NCBI GenBank assembly: GCA_905331295.1
Contig: CAJNYD010000203.1
Span: forward strand, 44,359-64,358
Length of the DNA: 20,000 bases
DNA from: Rotaria socialis
Lineage: Eukaryota
Reading direction: 5' to 3'
The notes beneath the pieces were generated by a model that ran no database searches, was not told where the DNA came from, and saw only the letters and a program-made list of their open reading frames with translations. The position numbers and the translations under genes are program-made. Positions 10,793-20,000 of the stretch are shown piece after piece; the first letter of the stretch is position 1; every line of letters starts with the position of its first letter.

Positions 10793-11100
10793 ATGCAAGC
10801 GGTTAACATTTTTAACACTAGCTATTTCATATCTTTTGGAGCAATTATGAGGATTGTGACTGGATCTTTAACAATGTTGGTTATTATCACCATTGCTATC
10901 GTAATTATCTGCATAATGTAGAAAAACAAGCACTCGTATGGATTCAACATACAGCTTATTCCACAGCTGCTGACTGCAATCAATCGAACGACATGAGTTA
11001 TGACGTGGCATATGGCCAATTCCCTCAATTGAATGTTCTATTTCTTGTTTATCAACCGGAAAACATCTTTATAGCTTTTAGCAAAAAATTAGAAGTCTAA
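10793..11100 (+). pseudogene. Frameshifted small single-pass membrane protein gene, similar in design to 13492-13878
   Basis: ATG 10793 opens MQAVNIFNTSYFISFGAIMRIVTGSLTMLVIITIAIVIICIM, TAG 10919-10921. The adjacent frame stays open from 10921 (EKQALVWIQHTAYS...YDVAYGQFPQ...) to TAA 11098-11100, followed by AATAAA at about 11102. TATAAATA at about 10654. Confidence 0.45.
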
Positions 11101-13491
11101 AAATAAACATGATATTTACTATGTTGTGTCTGTAATCGATGAAAAAATTCAATGTCAATGAAAAATGATAATTGTTTCACATAATTATTCATCGTCAATC
11201 TATACATGATATGTTTTTCAATAGAATTATTGGTAAAGTATGTCCATAGAAATGGAAAATTGTAGATTTGATTGAGTAGAAATAGCATGACAGAAAAGCA
11301 CGTATTTTTGTTTGTTTGCAGTATCTCTGTAATGTGGTCTTATAAAACAAAACAGATAAATTTCTTCCTTCATAATCATTATAGAACTTTGTTCGATTGT
11401 TTCTCCACTAAATATTATGAATGATTTCGTGTCACTTGTCTTTGTTTGATATGACATTTCGAAGTAATCATACGCTTAGCATGTCATACTCTGTGAAATC
11501 CTCTGTTAAATCAAATGATTAATTGTTAAGTAAAGGAAATCTAATCAAGCACAAGCATGGATTCGATTAGTCGCAACTGATAATTTTGTTTTTCGTAAAA
11601 AATTTTTCAATATGATTATTTTTCGATTAATTCAATTGACAAAATATTAAATTCTTCTGTTTGGAGAATATTCATTAGTTATGATTCCGACTTATTTAAA
11701 ACAATGAAAAAATTCCAATCCAATCATCAATAAAATATCTCGTTTTTTCTTCATTTAAGTAGAACATGATAAAAGTCTAATTCAATCAATTAGTGGTACA
11801 ATTTATTTGTGCATCTTTCATTTCATCAGACTATCATGTTGTTTGATGAAATTTACACACAAAGAACTGCGAAGGATGACGGTGCTGTGACTGAAATGAA
11901 CATAATTATTTCGGACAACGAGAGTTTCGTCAATTATACACAATCATGACATTTGATATAAGAACAATTGTATGCGAACGGTTCGAGTCAAGAAGTAGAG
12001 AAGAGCTTCAATAACGCCAACACATTTTTTCCTTCTTCTATAATATACAGCATTTGGGTTAGGCACAAATAATAATTATAGAAGCAACTATCTTCTTCTT
12101 TATAATGTTTTCTATATCAAGATTTTGTAGGTTAATTATGGTGAGAACATTTAAAAAAACGGAACATCACTGCTTCTAGAGGCTGAAAGACTCTGTTAGA
12201 AGTATTTCTGGGTAATGCCGGTGTTAGGGATAAATGAGTCTGAAGAAACTACTGTGTCATTTTATATCGTGCAGTTATCTCTTAAAATATTAAAAGTGTT
12301 GCAAAAGTCAAGTAAAAATTCATTTTTTCATTTTTTGTCATACTTTTAATTTCTCAAGAAAAGCTCGTAGGCGATGCAGTAAAACGACATTTTTTTCAAA
12401 ATTTCGTACACTTTAAAGTTAACTTTTGTGAAGCAGCTTCGATGAAGTTCGCCGAAAGCTACTGCATCAAGTTGGCGTTTTTTTAGAAGCGTCATCATCA
12501 TAAGACAAACATTATAGGAAAAACTAATGATAGACTGTTGCTTGCATTTTTTCGAACACTTTGTACGAGAACTGATAATCAATTTTAATTATGTGTTGAT
12601 GAAAATCATTCTAGTATTGAAGGTAAACATAGCTACTACAATATAAACTATTGAAAATGATAAAATCACAAATTCAAAAGAATAAAATATGAATGCCAGA
12701 TAGTTTGAATTCAAAATCACTGAAAACAGTAATCTAAACAAGTCAAGTCAATTATGATCAATATCAACGAACAACAAAAATCATCACGCAAGAATTAACT
12801 GCATAGCTACATAATATTCCATTACTGAACATTCTATTTACGGTTATTTTGATTCTGATTCCATGGCATTGCGCGCAGCTATGCATATCCAGATATAATT
12901 TCTGTATCGACCAAAAGAATCCCTAGAACGTTAAAGTTCTGATCAATATCAACGCTATTCAAAGACAAATCAAACATCAATAACATCTAAATCTTAAAAC
13001 TCACTGGAGAGTGAAGCATCGTTAACATAGAGAACTTTCAAAACTTGAAAATGAAAGTTATGTTGTCATTTACTAAATATTCGCTTTCTTTCACTTTCTC
13101 ATAAACTCATGTTTTTTTCTGTAACATGTGTTGTTACGTATCACGTTCCGTCTACATAGACAAAACAATAGCACGATTTACAAATTTCTATCAAACTTTA
13201 AAATACGGTCAATAAGAAAAAATTGTTGCCAGTTTCAACTGAAAATAGTGGCTTCTGTTGAATAAATATACTAAAAGCTTGGCGGTATTCATCGAAATTC
13301 TGCTTTCTTTCTAGCTTTACATTTAATGCATTGTTTATTTAGTTAAATACATAAAAGGGAGAGATGTTTTCGTCATTGCCTGTTTTACTTTTCATTTCTT
13401 CTCATTCTCTCCAAGCATAGTTCGTTAAAAAAATATAAAAACTTTCTTTTTTTCATCGGTTAAAACTAAACATATTCTTTAAACTTTGTCA

Positions 13492-13878
13492 ATGTCGTCT
13501 TCGGGAAGTTTAGGCACAGGTGATATTATTGGTATTTCTGTGGGTGGCGTACTAGCAGTAGTTTCTATCATTGGAATTATTGTGACATGTTATAGTTTAT
13601 GCTGTAATAATAAAAGTCAATCAAAAGTCCAGCCGAATCCTTCATACCGAAATCAACCGAATCCTTCATACCGAAATCAACCGAATCTTTCATACCAAGC
13701 TCAACCGAATCCTTCATACCAAGCTCAACCGAATCCTTTGTACCAAAATCAACCGAATCCTTATGGTCAACAGATAAATCATGGCTACTACGCACAACAG
13801 CAGCCATGGCCTCCACAACAACAATATGGGAATCTGGGTCAGATGAGTAATGGACAAAGACCGGTTTATCAGTATTAA
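13492..13878 (+). CDS. Small single-pass (type III-like) membrane protein, 128 aa, with Cys-rich juxtamembrane segment and Q/P/N/Y-rich tail
   Basis: Intronless ORF from the first ATG (13492): MSSSGSLGTGD, hydrophobic IIGISVGGVLAVVSIIGIIVT, CYSLCC, then repeats. AATAAA at 14047-14052. Confidence 0.8.
   Translation: MSSSGSLGTGDIIGISVGGVLAVVSIIGIIVTCYSLCCNNKSQSKVQPNPSYRNQPNPSYRNQPNLSYQAQPNPSYQAQPNPLYQNQPNPYGQQINHGYYAQQQPWPPQQQYGNLGQMSNGQRPVYQY
13630..13764 (+). repeat. 24-bp coding tandem repeat, about 5.5 copies
   Basis: Unit caaccgaatccttcatac(cgaaat/caagct); QPNPSYRN QPNPSYRN QPNLSYQA QPNPSYQA QPNPLYQN QPNPY. Confidence 0.95.
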
Positions 13879-14915
13879 AAGGCAAATTATTAATTCAAAT
13901 GATTTATTCGAGTCTTTTGATACTTTACGTTTGATAATATAATCCACTGAACTAGTTTGCACTTTATACTGATTTTTATGTTTAATGTACAATTGTTTCA
14001 AAAGAATTTCAAAATTCTAATTTTCTATTAATTGTTTTGGAAAAGAAATAAACATATTAGAAAATAAACAGCAATCTGTTGTGCCTAATACACTGTAAGA
14101 TAGAACTCCGATGAAAATCATTGCTCAATAAAATATCACATAATGAATATCTATTTATTAGCCAGTACTTTAAAAAAAAACGTTTGAGATTAATTGCAAC
14201 AAGTATGCTTACGCAACATCTGTAAAACCATCCGGTTCACATTTTAACTGAATATTTTATATTATTCTATTTACTGACATGGCACAATTACGAGTTACTG
14301 ATATTAGTTTTGAATAAAAATTAATAATGATTACAAGGTATCTAGAAATTATACGGGTTAGATTCTTTTAACACAAACCAATCCATCAATCATATGCGAT
14401 ATATATATGTGTGTAATGCAAACAGACTTGTCTTGAAGTTTTGCGATTTTGTACAATATTTTTCATGCAATTGTCACGTATGATTAATTCTATTTTTGGG
14501 AGGAATAGCATCATGGAGAACAATTTACAGACAAATATTTAAATAGAAACCTTTGATCGAATTACATGTTTTTCTTAATCATGCTAATCAGATTACTATA
14601 GAGTTGAAAACTACTGTCAACTACAATAATAGGATGCATATGTAAGATAAACAGAATAGTACTTCCGTCATCAGATAATATTGCATATTTTACAAAATTT
14701 TCTGAATAACATTTATTATGATTTTCTATATAAATATAATAACTATGAACATGATTTGTTTCCTTTTTCTTTGCTTTAATAAATTAATTACGGCAATAAT
14801 TGAATTCAAAATTTTTCGATATATAATGTTCTCAAGAGAAAAAATCTTTTCTTTTCATCATTTCATATCGAGTATTGTTTTGCTTTTTAAATATAAGAAC
14901 TAATGAAGTGTTATT

Positions 14916-14916
<1 letters not shown>

Positions 14917-14946
<30 letters not shown>
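14917..14946. repeat. (TTG)10 microsatellite
   Basis: Perfect ttg run, possibly within the 3' UTR of the minus-strand neuropeptide gene. Confidence 0.9.
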
Positions 14947-14949
<3 letters not shown>

Positions 14950-15495
14950 TCAAAATACGAATAGCTAGTTGCCATTATATATAATTCAATCAATATTCTC
15001 TTACAAGAGAAAAATCATTTCTTTTTAATACACATTAAGTATAAGAAGTGTATGTGAAGATTCTCCGTGGATAGAAAAGGAAATAAAATGAAAAATTATA
15101 ACAATAAAACAACCTAACTATTATGCACGAGCAATTGTTCATAATCGGAAGAATATTTTGAGCTACTATTTTCCGATGTTAAATGCATTCAAATTTCCTC
15201 TCGAGTTTGTGTTTCTTGAAATCTATACTTCATGCAATATAGAATATTCTAAAGCAACTTGAACTCGGTTATAGTGGTAATACTTAGTGTTCAATTGAAA
15301 CAAAAATAAAATAGAAGAATATGTGGATGTCGTTTTTTTCCTAGGCTGCCTCTTTTATCAAATAGATAGAGCACAAACAAAATGATGTTGTTAGTATTAG
15401 TATTATTATGGTTCAATGATGACAAAAGACAATAATAATGAAAAGGGCATTGTTCATTTAATACTTTTGTGTGCTGTTGATAATGTACAGACAGT

Positions 15496-15958
15496 TCAGC
15501 CCAATATTCCATATTGTGGGCGGCCAGCACGTCTCTCTCGTACTTCATATAACCAATCTGCAAGATTACTATCAGTTTGTGCCTCTAAAATTGAAATTGA
15601 TATAATAAAAATTTAAAAAAACATAAAAAATTGAAACATACCGTCCGATCGTCTGCCCAAATAGCCATAAGAATAACGTTTACCGAGTACGCCGAATCTA
15701 AGATGTTGACGACGAGATGGTCGTGAGATGAATTTATGTGCCGCTGCTTTTTCTACATCCTGTTTGTTTAGTAATATTTCGTCGCTTTCTGTACTTTTAG
15801 TCATGGAGTCATCATTGATTAATCCAGCAGCATCTAAACAATTATGTCCAATAAGAATATATTCCAGACAAAAAGAAATACTCGCCTGTAAATGCAAGGT
15901 TCAATACAAGCACCAACAGAACACTGACAATTATCAAAGGATTTGATGAAAGCTTCAT
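15496..15958 (-). CDS. Neuropeptide precursor (prepropeptide, 117 aa) with three amidated (F/Y)GxL peptides
   Basis: Exons 15958-15886, 15833-15642, 15584-15496; intron 1 is GC-AG (GCGAGT), intron 2 is GT-AG. Protein MKLSSNPLIIVSVLLVLVLNLAFTDAAGLINDDSMTKSTESDEILLNKQDVEKAAAHKFISRPSRR-QHLRFGVLG-KR-YSYGYLG-RR-SDEAQTDSNLADWLYEVRERR-AGRPQYGILG*. It has a signal peptide, acidic spacers, dibasic sites and Gly amide donors. Confidence 0.85.
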
Positions 15959-15973
15959 ATTTTTAAACACTAT

Positions 15974-16191
15974 CTAAAAATTGAAAAGAAAAAGTAAAGA
16001 AACATATTCAGAAGAGCTTTTTGGAAATCAATCACAGTCCGCACCGTCTAATCATCTATTTGGACATTTTGTATATATTTAGGTAGGAAGATGACCAACA
16101 AAATGAAATCAAATACAAGAAGTCATCGAATGTTTATTTGGATGACAAATATTGATCGATGAGAAAAAGAAGATCAGTAGTCAATACTTAC
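15974..16191 (-). other. Probable 5'-UTR intron of the neuropeptide gene
   Basis: Minus-strand GTAAGT donor at 16191 and pyrimidine-rich TTTTTAG acceptor ending at 15974, about 15 nt before the ATG. A (TA)n TATA-like run lies at about 16377-16394. Confidence 0.55.
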
Positions 16192-17647
16192 GGATTGATT
16201 TCATTTGATTTACTACCATCTCTTACTAGTCGTTTTCTCTTTCTCTTTCTCTTTCTCTTTCTCTCTTTCCCTTTATTCCATTAGCATTGGTCATTGCATC
16301 CTCTTACGTACTTCTATGAAGTTCTCGCTCGTTTATTATTGTATTTAACTTTGTCTACTCGGAGTCAAGTAGCACAATATATATATATATATATACAGAG
16401 GAGAACTTCGCTAAAAAAATTATATGATAGAGAAAAAAAGGCAGCTATGCACAAATGAGAGTGCTTTAATCTACATCTTATATAGATACTAGCGGAAACA
16501 TGATTAGTATCTAAGTACAATTTCATTTGACCTTAACGAGCTCTTTTCATGTCTAACATAACACAATCAATCATGAGTTAATTTGCTTTTCAAAAATCCT
16601 ACATACATGATGTTATGTAAAATACCGAATTTTCAACTGTCTTATATCAAGAAGAACAATAGCGAAAATCAAATATTTAGAGCGAGAAAGAGAGAGAGAG
16701 AGAGAGCGAGATAGAAAAAACAACGCAACAGTAACTTTGTTGTTTGTTTTGTTTTAGTATGTCGAGATGAAGAGAAGATATGTCCTAGGAAACGAAACTG
16801 TTTCTATCTCCGACTAATTGAGCTCTTACAACTGCACATACATTTTACATCTAATCATCTATATTGATTCATTCAGGACTGGGTTCAGAGCTTTTTCTTG
16901 TCTGCTAGCTAGAATATTTTTAACGAAGAATGAAAACGAGAAGAAAAAAACTGCTAACGTCTCATATATATATAAATTATTTTCCATGAATTTTTTCTTA
17001 TTCATCACATCACGAAGTGATGCTAAAATAAAACTAATTTACTACTTGAATGTAGAAGGATGCATTGTACTCCGACCGATTTTTCTCATTATTTGCAAAA
17101 AAAAACCTTTTCTCCAAAATGCATTTATATTATTTTCTTGAAGATGTGTTTAAAAAGTACCAATGACTTAATTGTGTATACGAAAGACACACACTCAATA
17201 ATAGAAGCTTCTATATTTCGAAGTCGAATTCGTACGATTCTAATGCCAAAATCTATATGCATGTGAAAGAATAGTAGACCCTATAATTGAATTTATATTT
17301 TTCGAGTCACTTAAAGGTTTTGTTTTACCGTATCCCGAAAACATAATCAATCTTGAAATGAATTGTAGCCTATTTTCACTAAGAGTGAATACCTAAAGAA
17401 AAATCAATCAAACTCTCTTTCATCTTATCGTCTAGCCTAACGATAACGATATAGTGAAACAGTCGATAGGCAAAAGAAGTAACTTTGCGATTGGTCATTA
17501 TTCAAAAACAAAATACGATACATAGGTAGTTAGACCATTTCATGTTTTACCGACCATAATAATACTAATGATTGTATTTTGATAGTTTTAGTATTCTTTA
17601 GAGAAAACAAGCAGATTTCATATAAAATCTATTTGAAAAAAAATGTA

Positions 17648-18563
17648 CTTAGATCTAACCAAAAGTTCTGCAATTTAAAAAAACCTAAAGAAAGAGAAAG
17701 TTCGAGGTTTATTTTATTAAATGTTGATGATCGTTGCCATGATTGTATATTGTATCAAGTTGAATCCTTTCTAACAATTTGTTAAAAGCATTTTTGAACT
17801 CTTTTTCGAAAAAAACTTAGGCACCTTGAAGATCACATGGGTTAATCATAATTCATTGTTTTAAAATTTAGTGAAATTTTGTTCGATCATGGCAGTTGCA
17901 CTCTAACACTACTAGTGATGGAATATGGATTTATTTTCGATAGGTTAGTCATAAGTCAACTGATGCTAGCTGGCTTATTGAAGATGAATCATCGAAGATT
18001 TTGTTCATGAAGACAGATTTTAACCAAAACTTTATTTAGTATTTTCTTTAAATCAAATAGTCATCAGTGTAGGTAAAGGCAAGACTGTAGGTCACAAGTA
18101 TTATATTGAAAATTGTCCGAAGCCTTTTGTTAATGGAATATGGAAACAAACAGAGATATCAAGGCCAAAATGTACAAAATTGCTGGACGATCATCGTTGA
18201 CTTCATACTTATCCAATGTTATTAATTAGACGACAGAAGAAGGATTCAATAAAACGTCATACCCATCATATTCGCCAGGCCTGATACTATGTAACTTTTG
18301 GCTAACCAATTCTATTGAACCTAGTTTAACTAATTAAATAAATGAAATATGATTAGTTCATGTGGTATCTAAGGTGCCTAAACTTTTTTCGAAAAAGAGT
18401 TCAAAACAACTTTTAACAAATTGCTAGAAAGGATTCAATTTGATATATATATATATATATAATCCTGGCAACTATCATCAACATTTAATAAAATAAAACT
18501 CCAACTCTTTTTCTCTTTTTCTTTAATTTTTTTTAAATTGTAGAACTTTTGACCAGGCCTAAG
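17648..18563. mobile_element. Non-autonomous mariner (Tc1/mariner, DD34D-type) foldback derivative, 916 bp, TA target duplication
   Basis: TA at 17646-17647 and 18564-18565. Termini are CTTAGATCTAACCAAAAGTTCTGCAATTT and the reverse complement of CTTAGGCCTGGTCAAAAGTTCTACAATTT. Inverted arms about 245 bp (17648-17890 vs 18310-18563). Confidence 0.9.
17911..18496 (+). pseudogene. Decayed mariner transposase, catalytic and C-terminal half
   Basis: Across stops and frameshifts: TSDGIWIYFR (TGDExW motif), KTLFSIFFKSN, KGKTVGHKYYIENC, KLLDDH (LLHDNA), YPSYSPGLILCNFWL (HPPYSPDLAPxDF), EKEFKTTFNKLLER...HQHLIK*. Confidence 0.85.
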
Positions 18564-18821
18564 TATTTATCAGTTATACGAGAATATTTTAGATTTAATT
18601 GAATACATTCTTTTTTTGAAAATTTATTGAATCAATGCTATATATCACGCTGCGCAGCAATCTTTGTTCAAATATCTGAATTCATCATTTAATAGAAATC
18701 ATTGTTTATATTCTATCAAAGAATATTTCTTTACCTCAATGGAGCAATCATTGTTTGTCCGAATACAATTACACCGCAACCTCTTGAACAATTTGCCAAT
18801 AACAGATATAAAAGTTGTAGG

Positions 18822-19724
18822 TAGAGCCCTGCAAACATACCCGGAACCGGAACCGGACCCAACCGGGTTCAGTTCCGGTTTCAAAAACTTGAATGTCATC
18901 GGGTACGGCTCCGGTTCCGAGTCAAAAAATTTACTTTGATCGGGTCCGGGTTCGGGTTCAAAAAGGAATATATTATATATATGTAGATAAATATTTTTGA
19001 CGTTAAGTATAATTTATATTTTATTCAAAAAGTAATGTTTAATTTTTCCATATAAAAATATTACAAAAACAACAAAAAAATCTTCCAGATTAAAATATAA
19101 AAATCTGACTAACATAATAAATCTATTGTTCAAATAATGGTTCATCTGATTCAATACTACTATCAGTGAATTTATCACTTCATTCGAAGAATAATCACTG
19201 TCACTATTTTGTTTTGTTCGTTTAATTATTATAGATAGTAAAGAATTGTTTTTGTCATCAATAAATAAATTTTGTTCATCATTAATTGTCGATTTTTTTC
19301 TTTTTAATTGATGCATCTTCATCTATTCGTTGTAAAGAAAGAAGATTTTTTTGAAGAAACAGCAATTCATTAACTTTTTTCCCGCTTAAACTAGTTCGTC
19401 GATCTGTAACAGTGTTTTTTTGATGATGAGAATAACCTTTCAACTGTTGTGTTTGAAGTTGGTATTGCAAAAAAGTCGCGTACCATTGATGATAACATTG
19501 GAAATAATTCCGTATTTTCTTTCCAAAAAAATAGTACATCATCATCTTCACGAAATTGTATCTCTAATGACATGTAATTATCTAATTCACTTGTTGGTGT
19601 TAAAGCTGGTTTCGGAATTAATGGTACTTGATTAAAACAACGAGTTAATAAATAATTAGACGTAATTGGTTTTGATTTATCAATCATAATTAATGAATTC
19701 GTAGCTACTCCTTTAGGATCAGTG
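18822..19724 (-). mobile_element. hAT DNA transposon, 3' end (terminus plus subterminal repeats plus transposase tail)
   Basis: Terminus TAGAGCCCTGCA at 18822, followed by GC-rich ACCCG/AACCG(G) subterminal repeats in both orientations (18839-18960), next to a hAT transposase remnant. Confidence 0.8.
19282..19724 (-). pseudogene. hAT transposase C-terminal dimerisation domain (ZBED/Ac-like), frameshifted
   Basis: SELDNYMS...DVLFFWKENTELFPMLSSMVRDFFAIPTSNTTVERLFSSSK, a frameshift in the homopolymer at 19415-19421, then NTVTDRRTSLSGKKVNELLFLQKN. Confidence 0.88.
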
Positions 19725-20000
19725 CAGGGTTGCCAGCTGCTCAGGTCCCAAATGGGGTACACGTTAGGTACAACTCAGCTGTAAATGGGGTACATTTGTG
19801 AGGTACGCAGTTTACATCTTTCACGCTGGTCATCGGCTGCGGAAATCAATTTCGAAAACTATTTTCAATCAGGAAAGGGCATTCTCAGTTTTCCGTTTTA
19901 CTGTAAAGTCTAGCTTTCAAATTGAAAGCTTTATTTTCTAATAAATATGTTCACAATAAAATTTCGTTTTGACATACATATATTCAATTCAATCATAACA
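19725..20000. mobile_element. Probable terminus of a second DNA transposon inserted into the hAT transposase, running off the window
   Basis: Abrupt GC rise at CAGGGTTGCCAG (19725-19736), a TIR-like start. Subterminal direct repeats AAATGGGGTACA x2 and AGGTAC x2; hairpin AGCTTTCAA-A-TTGAAAGCT at 19912-19930. Confidence 0.55.

Noticed and set aside
13630..13764. CRISPR-like array
   Set aside because: Units are contiguous with no unique spacers, are in frame in a eukaryotic ORF, and no cas genes are present.
13577..13885. Minus-strand ORF with MKDSVELG repeats
   Set aside because: Antisense shadow of the 24-bp repeat; the plus strand has the TM segment and poly(A) signal.
15690..15710. Calling the precursor an RFamide/FMRFamide gene because of HLRFG
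   Set aside because: RFG is followed by VLG-KR rather than a basic site, so the amide falls on Leu, matching the other two peptides.
15613..15897. ORF-track N-terminus MHLQASISFCLEYILIGHNC and C-terminus GMFQFFMFF
   Set aside because: These are mostly intron read-through; splicing gives a proper signal peptide and a third peptide.
16200..17640. Short Phe/Ile/Lys-rich ORFs and (AG)n, (TA)n, CT-rich tracts
   Set aside because: Composition typical of chance ORFs in AT-rich upstream DNA, with no domains or consistent exon chain.
18664..18939. ORFs with PEPEPDP and GSGSGS motifs
   Set aside because: The motifs are translations of the hAT subterminal repeats.
19723..19734. TGCAGGGTTGCC as the opposite TIR of the hAT end at 18822
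   Set aside because: Only the inner 7 bp match, the terminal bases do not, and there are no ACCCG subterminal repeats or evident target duplication. It is better explained as the start of another element.

Overview
AT-rich eukaryotic DNA with many short (mostly 50-70 nt) GT-AG introns. The intron size, composition and mariner type suggest a bdelloid rotifer (inference). Positions 1-9833 (+) hold the 3' 40 exons (about 2190 aa, read in one frame) of a perlecan/HSPG2/UNC-52-like gene. Its domain order is LDLa end, Ala/Thr/Asp-rich mucin-like cassette exons, 3 Ig, 3 LDLa, the perlecan signature Ig, laminin-EGF repeats with a single laminin IV/B domain, 7 divergent Ig-like domains (three Cys-less, one with a single Cys), then a KKKKKRRS tail with no laminin-G domain V. 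Downstream are a frameshifted small membrane-protein gene (10793-11100) and an intact small single-pass membrane protein with a 24-bp repeat encoding tandem NPxY motifs (13492-13878). A neuropeptide precursor on the minus strand (15958-15496, three coding exons, one GC-AG intron) is predicted to release three (F/Y)GxL-amides. The window ends with a TA-flanked foldback mariner derivative built from two 3' ends (17648-18563) and a decayed hAT element (from 18822) that appears interrupted by a second DNA element at 19725.
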